Of a stretch of 15,417 nt of DNA, positions 1 to 8,168 are shown piece by piece. The stretch spans positions 1 through 15,417 of the forward strand of contig JAYWEM010000190.1 of assembly GCA_043779265.1 (NCBI GenBank). Reading direction: 5' to 3'. Origin of the DNA: a bacterium. GTDB taxonomy: Bacteria > Eisenbacteria > RBG-16-71-46. The notes below the pieces were generated by a model. It was not told where the DNA came from. It saw only the letters and a program-made list of their open reading frames with translations, and made no database searches. Both the position numbers and the translations under genes were made by a program. Within the stretch, counting starts at the first letter, position 1, and every line of letters starts with the position of its first letter.

Positions 1-176
1 CCGATCAGACGCTCGGCGAACGTCTCGGAGATGGTCGTGTCAGCCACCATCATGTCGATCAGCCGCGCCTGCGTATCCGGGTTCTCCACCATCTTGGCCA
101 CCGGATCACCGCCGCAGCCCGCGAGCACCGCGAGCATCACGCCGGACACCAGCACCATCAGCAATCGCTTCATCAT
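1..176 (-). CDS. Predicted lipoprotein of unknown function, 5' part only (runs off the left edge)
   Basis: Not in the ORF track; read manually. ATG at 176 follows GAGGGGG. Translation MMKRLLMVLVSGVMLAVLAGCGGDPVAKMVENPDTQARLIDMMVADTTISETFAERLI... has a basic N-terminus, a hydrophobic core and a canonical LAG-C lipobox. The frame is open to base 1. Confidence 0.8.
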   Translation of the reverse strand, partial: MMKRLLMVLVSGVMLAVLAGCGGDPVAKMVENPDTQARLIDMMVADTTISETFAERLI

Positions 177-208
177 CTTCGGCCCCCTCATGTAGTTGCA
201 TTCGTGAT

Positions 209-449
209 TCAATGCGTGCGGATGAATTCGACCCGCCGGTTGGCCTGACGACCCGCCACCGTCGCGTTCGACGCGATGGGCATGGTGTCGCCACGGCCGA
301 TGACCGCGAGCTGGGTCTGGCTCACGCCGCGCAGCATAAGCGCTTCGGCGACCGAGCGCGCGCGCTCCTGCGAGAGCGTCCGATTGGCTCCGCTCCTGCC
401 CACGTTGTCCGTGTGTCCGACGACTTCAACCTGAGCCTCGGGAACCATG
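209..449 (-). pseudogene. C-terminal remnant of an OmpA/MotB-family peptidoglycan-binding protein, truncated at an IS end
   Basis: VEVVGHTDNVGRSGANRTLSQERARSVAEAL...GRGDTMPIASNATVAGRQANRRVEF carries the OmpA_C motifs GHTD, N..LS..RA.SV and NRRVE. Similarity stops at the IS terminus at 450. No signal peptide or N-terminal domain remains. Confidence 0.85.
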
Positions 450-547
450 TGAACCGCGCCGGGATTCCCGGAGGCTCCATTCCCTGAGAGGATGGGGTCA
501 TGGCACGAACGAGCAGGTTCTCCCCAGAGGTCCGAGAGCGTGCGGTC
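450..547 (+). mobile_element. Left-end remnant of an IS3-family (IS51/IS6110-like) element: left inverted repeat, RBS and first 16 codons of OrfA
   Basis: Begins 5'-TGAACCGCGCCGGGATTCCCGGAGGCTC, with the TG terminus and close resemblance to the IS6110 left IR as I recall it. AGGATGGGGTCATG follows, and ATG500 reads MARTSRFSPEVRERAV, the typical IS3 OrfA start (F/Y-S-P-E-x-R-E-R-A-V). Similarity ends at ~547. No right IR seen in the window. Confidence 0.85.
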
Positions 548-1129
548 CTCGGGCGAGAGCGTCTCCAGCGCCCGGCGCAGGCTGTCGCGTTGATCGGTCG
601 GCTGCGGCTTGCGCCACGGCAGCCACCAGCCACGCAAGCTCGGATCGGCGGCGACACGATCACGGGCGAGTCGTTCGGTCCGACGCTCGCGGTAGAGATT
701 GAGTGCCGTGTTCTTGGCGATCCGGCGCAGCCACGTCGGAAAGCGCGATTCGAAGCGATAGCTCGGCAGGTAGCGATGTGCCTTCAGGAACGCATCCTGA
801 GTCGCATCCTCCGCATCCCGCTCATGAAGCAGGATCGCCTGACACGCCGCGTACACGGTGTTCCAGTGCTTGCGCACCAGTTCGGAGTAGGCGGTCGTGC
901 TGTGCGGGAACTCATTGAAGACCGCGCACAGGAGATCGGCGTCGGGATCGGTCGCATGCACCTCGAACTTCAGCCCGGTCCCAGGCGCCTCTCCGTCAGG
1001 CGCGAATGCCGTGCGATCGATCCCCGGCGTGTAGCGAGTGTCGCCATCAGACTCAGAAAGGCGAAGGGACAGCCACAGCGCCAGCGAGGCGGCCCGCATC
1101 CGATCGCGGATCCAGCGGATCACATCCAT
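535..1129 (-). pseudogene. ECF sigma-70 factor (SigX-like), truncated at the start of region 4
   Basis: Region 2 is intact: AYSELVRKHWNTVYAACQAILLHERDAEDATQDAFLKAH...FESRFPTWLRRIAKNTALN. Region 4 begins LRRALETLSPEDRTL and then runs into IS sequence, so the -35-binding helix-turn-helix is missing. Start codon uncertain; ATG1129 chosen. Confidence 0.8.
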
Positions 1130-1299
1130 GGGCGACGCCGCACGACTCGGCGTCCAGTTCCAACCGAGGACAGCGCGAACGGCCGCGCTCAACGACGAGC
1201 GTCCGCGTTGCGAACGGCGACGAGATCATCGGGGCCGAATCGAGCTCCGTTGCAGTGGGGCATCGCGGCAAACCACACCAAGTCGTGCCAGGAGCGAGG

Positions 1300-2895
1300 T
1301 CAGAGGCCGAGGCGAAGACTCGCTCCGATGGTGCGGTGGCGATAGGCGCCGCTCTCCGAGCGCCATCCCCCTTCGGACAGGCCGAAGAACACGTCGATCT
1401 GGTCGATGGCCCTCCAGCGCCGCGCGATCCTGCCTTCGACATGCCACTCCACCTGCGGGTCTGCGGTTGACGCCGTCTGTTGGCCCCCAAGCCCGCCGGA
1501 CAACCTCCCGCTCCAGAATCCTCGTTCGAAGTTCCGCGACAAGCGTCCTTCGATTAGGCGGAATCGATCCGGCGAGTAGTACCCCTGCCCGCGTCGCGCG
1601 TAGGACAACTCGCGCGCCAGAACGCCGAGTCGCAGCCGATGCGGGATCGCCGTCTCCACACTTGTCAGCCAGTTGCTTCGTCGGTTGCCATCATCGAGTC
1701 GGGCGGAGCCGACACTCGCGCTCAGTCCGATCCGGCTCGCGAGCGTGGCTTCGAGACTCGCTCCAACCGATGAGGCACTCAGTCCCCTGGCGATCAGCAC
1801 CGCGGTCTCATCGAGCGGGGAACGGGTCCAGTCGGCGCTCATCGAGATCGATGGACCCATCCGCCTCGTCACGACAGCGCGACCGGAACCGAGGGAGCGG
1901 ATCGGGAGTCCGTCGGGGCGCAGGGACCGAACGCCGAGCGCACCGCTCCACTGCATGGCGCCGCGTGCGAGACTCAACCCGAGTTCGCCATGCTGGCGTG
2001 TGGCATGTCGCGCGGGGTCGCTCGCATCGAAGGCTCCGGCCGATGCGGAGGCGGTGAGCCCGGTGGCGAGCCACAGCGAGCTCGTGCCCGACTGTGACCA
2101 AGTGATGTTGCCATCGGAGTCCTCGCTCCAGGCGAATCCGACATCGATTCGAGGACGGAGCGCCGACCGGACATCGCCCTGCAGCGCGAGCGCGCCTCGA
2201 TGCGTCGAGTCCGAGGCGAGTGCCCGGGCGATAGCGGCACGGGCATCACGGGGCCGACCCTCTCGCAGGCGCGCGCGTGCGAAGCCCGTCAGAGCGTCGG
2301 GATCCTCCGGGCGCACGGCAAGCGCCTCAGAGTAGAAGCCCATGGCGCGATGGGGATCGCCGCCCCAGGTTGCGACTTCGGCTCGGCCCAGGATCGGAAT
2401 GATGTCCTCTGGGTCGGACGAGGCGACGAGTGCGTAAGCGGAGTCGGCCATCGGTAACCGGCCGGCCCATGACAATGTGCGGGCGCGCCCGAGGAGCGCC
2501 TCACGCAAGTCGGGCGATCGCACGAGGATGCTGTCGTAGAGGGCGAGCGCGGCGTCGGCGCGCGACATCCACGAGAGGATGCGGGCCTCGGCGAGCCGGA
2601 TGTCGATGTCGGAAGCGTCGAGGATGCGTGCGCGTTGCAAGAGCAAGAGAGCGGTCGGAAGATCGTCACGCCACGAGGCCAACAGGCCGAGCCGGAAAGT
2701 GGCACGCACGGCGTGCGAGTCCTTGGCCAGGATGCTGCGATAGACCGCTGCCGCCTCGGCGTGATCCCCCCTTCCCCACGCCGACTCGGCGCGTTCCGTC
2801 TCGTCGAGGTCGGTAGCGAACACGGGAAGCACCATCGCGCCGCTCAGGCCAAGCGCCAGGATCAGTCGGTGGACGATCATCCGATGACGGCTCAT
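1300..2895 (-). CDS. TPR-repeat protein with C-terminal outer-membrane beta-barrel; putative polysaccharide export porin (PgaA/BcsC/YaiO-type architecture)
   Basis: ATG2895 has an AGGAGGAG RBS and an ATGA overlap with the upstream stop. A signal peptide (LILALGLSGAMVLPVFA) is followed by several TPRs (e.g. ALALYDSILVRSPDLREALLGRARTLSWAG). The last ~230 aa are amphipathic strands containing GQGYYSP and ending GASLRLGL. 531 aa. Confidence 0.75.
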   Translation of the reverse strand: MSRHRMIVHRLILALGLSGAMVLPVFATDLDETERAESAWGRGDHAEAAAVYRSILAKDSHAVRATFRLGLLASWRDDLPTALLLLQRARILDASDIDIRLAEARILSWMSRADAALALYDSILVRSPDLREALLGRARTLSWAGRLPMADSAYALVASSDPEDIIPILGRAEVATWGGDPHRAMGFYSEALAVRPEDPDALTGFARARLREGRPRDARAAIARALASDSTHRGALALQGDVRSALRPRIDVGFAWSEDSDGNITWSQSGTSSLWLATGLTASASAGAFDASDPARHATRQHGELGLSLARGAMQWSGALGVRSLRPDGLPIRSLGSGRAVVTRRMGPSISMSADWTRSPLDETAVLIARGLSASSVGASLEATLASRIGLSASVGSARLDDGNRRSNWLTSVETAIPHRLRLGVLARELSYARRGQGYYSPDRFRLIEGRLSRNFERGFWSGRLSGGLGGQQTASTADPQVEWHVEGRIARRWRAIDQIDVFFGLSEGGWRSESGAYRHRTIGASLRLGL

Positions 2896-5579
2896 CGCTC
2901 CTCCTGAGCGCTCGCCGCCGGACGATCGCGTGCGGCTTCGGTGTCGAACTCGGCCCACGTGCGCTTCATCGCGTGATACACGGGCTTGATCTCGGTGTGG
3001 AATCTCGGCGTGGTCCAGGGTGACCACTCCCAGGTTGCGAAATCCGACTTCGACCAACTTCTGTCAGCACGAAGAAGCGGGAGCGCACCGGTGACCGAGC
3101 GCTTGGAGCCCTTTCGATACGTCAGCACCCCGACCCGGAACCCGTCGCTCATCGCCGTCGTGAAGTCGCCCTCTCCCGTCGGGTCGAACAGGACCTGTCG
3201 ACTCGAGGGATCCGTGACGTTGAGGAGCCCCCAAGGCAGCCGCAGCTGGAGCATTCGATCCTCTGCGTCGTAGTACCAGTCCGAGAGCGAGCTCGCCCGC
3301 GTGGTTCCGTAGCGCAGCACACCTCGATTGGAGGTCTGTGCTCGCGTGAACGCGCCATTCCTCGCGAACCGACCCCGATTGACGATGATCAGCATCGAGT
3401 CGAACCGCGCATCGTCTCGGCTGGTCGGTGCGGTGGGCCGTCGATAGAACACGCCACGGTCATCCCCGTTCGCGGGATCGCTCACAGCGGCATACGGATT
3501 GTAGTCGGGCGTGACGAGGAGATGGGCGTGATCCGGGGACTCGAACTCAGCAAGGAACTCGAAACCGACTTCGCTGCGGCCGACCAGTCCGTCGATCCGT
3601 CGCTGACCGAGATCCGGGCGGATTGTGTCGAATGCAATCGCGACACCCGTCGAACCGTCACCGAACGGATCGTTCTCGAACGGCACGGCGAGGTAGACCC
3701 AGGCTTCGTCACTACCCACGTGAAGGCGTTGCGGCCCGTTTGCCGTGGTGGAGGGCGAGTGCTGCAGCACGGGCAGCGCCCGCCATCGAGCCGGATCCCC
3801 CCCCAGCAGCGGCCGGCTCGCGGAGTCGCCGGGCATCATGGCCAGCATGCCGTAGTTCTGCTCGGCGTCCATGAGATTGAGCCACTGCCTCGTCGACTCG
3901 CCCGGGATCTGCAGGTCGATCACCGCCCAGTTCTTCTTGAACCACTCATCGATCCACGCGAACACGATCGCCCCGGCGGCGCCGCTCTCGCGGATCTCGC
4001 GCGTCATGCGAGCGTCGATCTCGGCCATCGCGTGCTCGTCGTGGCCGCCGTGATGCCAGCCCTGCGGATGCAGATGCGCGGTTCCGCGGCTCGATGGGAC
4101 GCCGTACTCCGAGATCACCGTCGGAATGCCCGCATGATGGCGCATCAGGCGCTTCAGGTAGCCGAAGTAGTTCGATGGCCCTTCGCTCGAGCGGGCCTTC
4201 AGAAGGTCTTGGTCCTGATTCATGAAATCCGGGTAGTAGGGATAAGCGTGATAGCTCGCGAACCAACCGGCCGGATTCGCCCGAGTGGCCCGGACCACGT
4301 TGGGATCGAGTTGCTGCGCATCGTTGTCGTACTCGAGCTTGTTGCCCGGGACCGGACGGCCAGCGCGAACGCGAAGGAGCTTCTCCTCCGAGGCGCTCGA
4401 CTCGGTCGGATGATGCAGCGGATCGAGCGTGGGCCAGTTGGTGAACGCGATCGGTCGCAGCGTGTGGTGACGGTCCCACTCGGCGACGAGCATCGTGTCG
4501 CACATCTCGGCCATCCACACTTCGCCCGGCGTTCCCTGCTTCACTTCGAGGAAGCGACCACGATGACTCGTGCGGGTGCTCGCGATCTCATCGAAGCGGC
4601 GGATCGCATAGGGCTCCCACTCGCGACCGATGATGTAGGCGAGCGTCCACGGCGAGACATCCGCGTCGTACCGCCCTCTCGCGTGGCCCGGCCTCGGCGT
4701 GATGTCGCAGTTGCCGTGGATCAGGTCGACGACTCGGTTCATCTCGGCGACGAACTCGCCCTTCCACTCCGCGTCACCGAAGTCGTCCTCGGGAGGCAGT
4801 TCCGTCCACACGCCGTGCACCAGCCAGAGCGGACGCTCGGGGTTCGCCAGGTTCCAGCCGCGCAGGGCCCGATAGAACGAGGGTGGGAGGATCGTGTAGA
4901 GGCGGAGCGTATTGGCGTTCATCTCGGCGATGAGGTGGAACCAGTGCGCATAGAGCGTGGAGTCCGGCGGGAACTCCGACGGGAAACGCCCGGGAAGCGC
5001 AACGCCAAGATTGACGCCCTGGATGTGGAAGGGGGCCCAGGCCCCGTCTCGCCACACCTCGAAGCCCTCACCGCGCGTGCGTGCGGGCATCTGGAATGTG
5101 GCGGGGCGTGCGCGGCGGACGAACGGAGCAAGATCCCAGCCCGGTGATTCGGCATCGAGCAGCGAGCGTGCCGTGGCATGGCCCGGCGAGAGCGCGAGCA
5201 AGGCCCTCGCCGCAGCGAGGGCCGACGTGCGATCTCCCGCCCTCGAAGCGGCGAGCACGCGTCCCTCCCAGGCATCGGCGTTGGCGGGATCGGCAGCGCT
5301 GATGACCCTGAAGAGCGAGTCGGCCGCTTCGATCCGGCCGAAGCGAAGCGACGTGAAGCCGAGCCCGACCATGGCGTCCATATGACCGTGGCACAGCGTG
5401 ATGGCCTTGGAGAACAGGCGTGCGGCTTCGGGGATGGAGTCGGCACGGTAGCTGCGCCAGCCAAGGTCGACCCACTCCCCGGTTTCAGGTGGACAGTGTG
5501 GCTTCGCGTGACTCGATGTCGCCACGAGCCAGCAGGCTGCGATGAAGAGCAGCGACGACGTGCGATGTACGCGGCTCAT
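2892..5579 (-). CDS. Secreted TPR + clan GH-A-like (beta/alpha)8 glycoside hydrolase with a C-terminal beta-sandwich (DOMON/CBM9-like) domain
   Basis: Signal peptide ending SHA, then about 3 TPRs. GH-like motifs: IQGVNLG, ANTLRLYT, LVHGVW, IIGREWEP (candidate acid/base Glu), ASYHAYPYYP, VISEYGVP (candidate nucleophile Glu), IVFAWIDEWFK. C-terminal domain has SDEAWVYLAV and LQLRLPWGLLNVTDPS. ATGA-coupled at both ends. 895 aa. Confidence 0.75.
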   Translation of the reverse strand: MSRVHRTSSLLFIAACWLVATSSHAKPHCPPETGEWVDLGWRSYRADSIPEAARLFSKAITLCHGHMDAMVGLGFTSLRFGRIEAADSLFRVISAADPANADAWEGRVLAASRAGDRTSALAAARALLALSPGHATARSLLDAESPGWDLAPFVRRARPATFQMPARTRGEGFEVWRDGAWAPFHIQGVNLGVALPGRFPSEFPPDSTLYAHWFHLIAEMNANTLRLYTILPPSFYRALRGWNLANPERPLWLVHGVWTELPPEDDFGDAEWKGEFVAEMNRVVDLIHGNCDITPRPGHARGRYDADVSPWTLAYIIGREWEPYAIRRFDEIASTRTSHRGRFLEVKQGTPGEVWMAEMCDTMLVAEWDRHHTLRPIAFTNWPTLDPLHHPTESSASEEKLLRVRAGRPVPGNKLEYDNDAQQLDPNVVRATRANPAGWFASYHAYPYYPDFMNQDQDLLKARSSEGPSNYFGYLKRLMRHHAGIPTVISEYGVPSSRGTAHLHPQGWHHGGHDEHAMAEIDARMTREIRESGAAGAIVFAWIDEWFKKNWAVIDLQIPGESTRQWLNLMDAEQNYGMLAMMPGDSASRPLLGGDPARWRALPVLQHSPSTTANGPQRLHVGSDEAWVYLAVPFENDPFGDGSTGVAIAFDTIRPDLGQRRIDGLVGRSEVGFEFLAEFESPDHAHLLVTPDYNPYAAVSDPANGDDRGVFYRRPTAPTSRDDARFDSMLIIVNRGRFARNGAFTRAQTSNRGVLRYGTTRASSLSDWYYDAEDRMLQLRLPWGLLNVTDPSSRQVLFDPTGEGDFTTAMSDGFRVGVLTYRKGSKRSVTGALPLLRADRSWSKSDFATWEWSPWTTPRFHTEIKPVYHAMKRTWAEFDTEAARDRPAASAQEER

Positions 5580-7033
5580 GCGGCGGCCTTCCCCTCTTCA
5601 GGCGTTGCGACAGCGATGGGCGCGCTCAGATGCCCGCGCCGAGTCATCTCACCCCAGACCTTCCTGCGGCACAGGGCGTTCCACACGCCTCGGATGCGCC
5701 ACCACACGGTCAGCTGCCGGTATCCGAAGTTCTCGAGCACCGCATACAGCCCCAGCAGAGCCAGGTCGCGACCGCGTTTGTACCTCGGGCAGACCACGAT
5801 CTCGAGCAGGAGTCCGAACAGCGAGGAGGCGGTGCCGCTCAACACGCTGATCAGCAGGTAGAGCACCGCGAACGGTGTCGCCAGGTTGCCAGTGACAGCG
5901 AGCGCGAGAAGCACGATGAACCCGGCGAACTCGATGACCGGGCCCAACAGCTCCACGAACACCTGGGACGCGAAGGCGAGCGCATGCGCCGGCGAGAAGT
6001 GCGCCGCGGTCACCAGGGAGCGGTTGAGCCACAGCGACTCCGCGAGTCCCTGCTGCCAGCGCGAGCGCTGGCGATGGAGGATCTTCGTGGTCTCGGGCAC
6101 CTCGGTCCATGCCACCGCCGATGCGGTGAAGCGCACCGCCTTCTCGCGACCGTTCTTGGCGGCCCAGCGCTGCAGCCGCATCACCAGCTCCATGTCCTCA
6201 CCCAGTGTGTCGGTACGATACCCGCCCACGGCCATCACGGCGTCCCGCGAGAACATGCCGAGTGCACCCGAGACGATGAACAGGCTGTCGATGTGATTCC
6301 ATCCCATGCGCCCGGCCAGCATGCCGCGCAGGTACTCGATGATCTGGAAGCGGGCGAGGTGGCTCTTGGGGAGCGCGGTCGACTGCACCAGCCCTCGCTG
6401 GATGACACAGCCGTTGGCGGGACGAACGAGTCCGCCGGTCACGATGACGCGCGTGTCGAAGAAGAACGGCAATGCGAGGTGGAGCAACGTGTCTCGCTCG
6501 AGGATGGAGTCCGCGTCGATTGCGCAGAACAACGGATGTCGCGAGAACGCGAGTGCGATGTTCAGAGCGCGGGCCTTGCCGCCGTTCTCGAGATCGAGGA
6601 CGACGAGCGCCGGGTAGTCCGGCGAGGAGTACACGCCGCGCACGCGCTCGCGCGGCACTCGGGCCCGAAGCGTGCGATAGCTGCGACGAAGTCCGAACGC
6701 CTCGACGAGCCTGGCGAGCGTGGCGTCTTTGGAGCCATCATTGACGACCACCATCTCGAAGACGGGATAGCGCAGCTGCATCAGGGAGCGGATGCTCTCG
6801 ACGATGGTGGCTTCCTCGTTATAGGCCGGCACCAGGAGGCTCACGGGAGGAGCCAGGTCGCCCTCGAACAGGCTGAGGCGATCGGCGAGCATACGGTCGC
6901 GGATCTCACGGCGCGCATCGGCGAACGCGAGAACGTTCATGGCGAGGTACTGGAGCAGAATGGCGAGCGAGTAGACGAGGATGATGTCACCGAGGGTCCC
7001 TTCGCTCAGCTTCAGCACCCACTCACCCGACAC
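5576..7033 (-). CDS. Processive inner-membrane GT2 glycosyltransferase (PgaC/IcaA-like polysaccharide synthase)
   Basis: One N-terminal TM helix, then PAYNEE, VVNDGSKD, NGGKARALN, IDADS (DxD), GEDME (catalytic base) and QRSRW (QxxRW), then C-terminal TM helices. Likely GTG start at 7033 overlaps the HEAT gene stop. About 485 aa. Confidence 0.9.
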   Translation of the reverse strand: MSGEWVLKLSEGTLGDIILVYSLAILLQYLAMNVLAFADARREIRDRMLADRLSLFEGDLAPPVSLLVPAYNEEATIVESIRSLMQLRYPVFEMVVVNDGSKDATLARLVEAFGLRRSYRTLRARVPRERVRGVYSSPDYPALVVLDLENGGKARALNIALAFSRHPLFCAIDADSILERDTLLHLALPFFFDTRVIVTGGLVRPANGCVIQRGLVQSTALPKSHLARFQIIEYLRGMLAGRMGWNHIDSLFIVSGALGMFSRDAVMAVGGYRTDTLGEDMELVMRLQRWAAKNGREKAVRFTASAVAWTEVPETTKILHRQRSRWQQGLAESLWLNRSLVTAAHFSPAHALAFASQVFVELLGPVIEFAGFIVLLALAVTGNLATPFAVLYLLISVLSGTASSLFGLLLEIVVCPRYKRGRDLALLGLYAVLENFGYRQLTVWWRIRGVWNALCRRKVWGEMTRRGHLSAPIAVATPEEGKAAA

Positions 7034-8114
7034 GTTCGAGCCCCCCCGGCGAGTGGCGGTCCCATAGGTCCGCCTGCATGACCTCGATCGCCATCTCGCG
7101 TGCGAATGCGTCGTGGCCCAGTTCGGCGATGCGATAGAGTGCCGCTCGGCCCGGTTCCCCATGGTTCACCAGGGCATAGGCGGCGTTTCGCCGCACCCAC
7201 CACGCGGTGTCGCGAACCAACAGCGCCAGAGTGGGCACGGCTTCGGGCGAGCGGAGTCCCCCCAGCGCTCGGGCCACCTGGGCTCGCACTTGCCAGGCCT
7301 CGTCGCTCGCCGCCGCCTGGAGGACCCTCAGCGACTCGCGCGATCCGATCCTGCCCAGCGCGCGCGCCGAGGACACCCGCGCATCGAGCGCGCCTCGCGT
7401 CAGGAGTCCCTCGAGGATCACGCGCGAGCGGGTGTCCTTCCAGATGCCGAGCACTTCGATCGCCGCGACCTCGAGGGCATGGTCGGCGCGGTCGCATTCG
7501 ATCGACCGGCGGAGCAGGCTCCTGTGGCGAGGGCCGAACCGCTTCAAGATGGCGACACCCAGGTGCTTGCCCAACGGATCGAGCGCATCGGGCTTGCGCA
7601 TGAGCCAGCGCAGCGCGCCGACATCGTGGGCCCGCGCCAGCGAGAGTACCGAACTCAGCCGCACGACCAGCGGACCCGCGACCATCGCTTCGTGGAGCAG
7701 TCCGCGATGGGCCGCCGCATTCACCATCCCGATCCGCCTCGCGGCAAGGGCGCGGCGACTGGTCGAGCCACGCTGAATGCGGCTCCGCTCGGCAAGGACG
7801 AACGGATGACCATTGATCGCATCGGAGACGGCGGTCCACTCCTCACCCGAGATGTTGTCGGAGAATCGCTCGAGGGCATCCCACATCACCTCGGGAGTGC
7901 TGCCGTCGAGTCGACCAAGCAGTGAATCGGGGGCGGTGCGCCCCATCAGGAGCGAGGCGAACTCGAGTGCGATGGCGTTGGCCGAGGCGTCGCGTGTCGA
8001 TTGCCGCCGTCTCAAGACGGCATGCAGGACGAGGACGGCACACCAGATCGCCAGAACCACGGCCAGCGATGCCACTGCGAGCCAGCGCAGCGACTCCAGG
8101 CTCGGACTCAGCAC
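7023..8114 (-). CDS. Membrane-anchored HEAT/PBS-lyase-like repeat protein
   Basis: N-terminal TM (WLAVASLAVVLAIWCAVLVLHAVL) followed by a basic RRR motif. HEAT repeats include RRALAARRIG, ARVSSARALGRIG, SDEAWQVRAQVARALG and DTAWWVRRNAAYAL. Start is GTG 8114 or 8117 after GGGGGAG; exact start uncertain. Confidence 0.85.
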   Translation of the reverse strand: MLSPSLESLRWLAVASLAVVLAIWCAVLVLHAVLRRRQSTRDASANAIALEFASLLMGRTAPDSLLGRLDGSTPEVMWDALERFSDNISGEEWTAVSDAINGHPFVLAERSRIQRGSTSRRALAARRIGMVNAAAHRGLLHEAMVAGPLVVRLSSVLSLARAHDVGALRWLMRKPDALDPLGKHLGVAILKRFGPRHRSLLRRSIECDRADHALEVAAIEVLGIWKDTRSRVILEGLLTRGALDARVSSARALGRIGSRESLRVLQAAASDEAWQVRAQVARALGGLRSPEAVPTLALLVRDTAWWVRRNAAYALVNHGEPGRAALYRIAELGHDAFAREMAIEVMQADLWDRHSPGGLERVG

Positions 8115-8154
8115 CACTCCCCCGATCGCGAACGCATCACGGAGGGCCGGATGG

Positions 8155-8168
8155 TCCCGTGCACGGGA
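8155..8168. promoter_or_regulatory. Perfect 14-bp palindrome TCCCGTGCACGGGA, candidate operator
   Basis: Self-complementary sequence in the intergenic region about 40 bp upstream of the first gene of the GT2 operon. Confidence 0.35.

Noticed and set aside
1275..1290. TGGCACG on the minus strand (and TGGCAC at 8232 on plus) as sigma54 -24 boxes
   Set aside because: Neither has the GC of the -12 element at the required spacing.
1262..1300. GGCAAACC resembling the start of a c-di-GMP-I riboswitch
   Set aside because: It is antisense to the flanking genes and lacks the GAAA tetraloop and the downstream GCAAAGC and P2 elements.
500..1345. 281-aa plus-strand ORF beginning like an IS3 transposase
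   Set aside because: Only the first 16 codons are transposase-like; the rest is the antisense of the sigma gene.
2896..3057. N-terminal extensions in the ORF track (also 7034-7162, 8118-8249, 13790-14077 and 14689-14751)
   Set aside because: They overlap upstream genes or promoter regions. Downstream starts with an RBS or stop/start coupling fit better.
5576..7033. Naming the GT2 pgaC/icaA and the operon pga
   Set aside because: No PgaB/IcaB deacetylase or PgaD/IcaD partner is present, and motifs alone do not fix the sugar or linkage.
3522..7081. Long plus-strand ORFs 3522-5147 and 5630-7081 (likewise 1038-2057, 11033-12034 and 13792-14748)
   Set aside because: Antisense shadows of well-supported minus-strand genes, expected at high GC. 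They carry no recognisable motifs.
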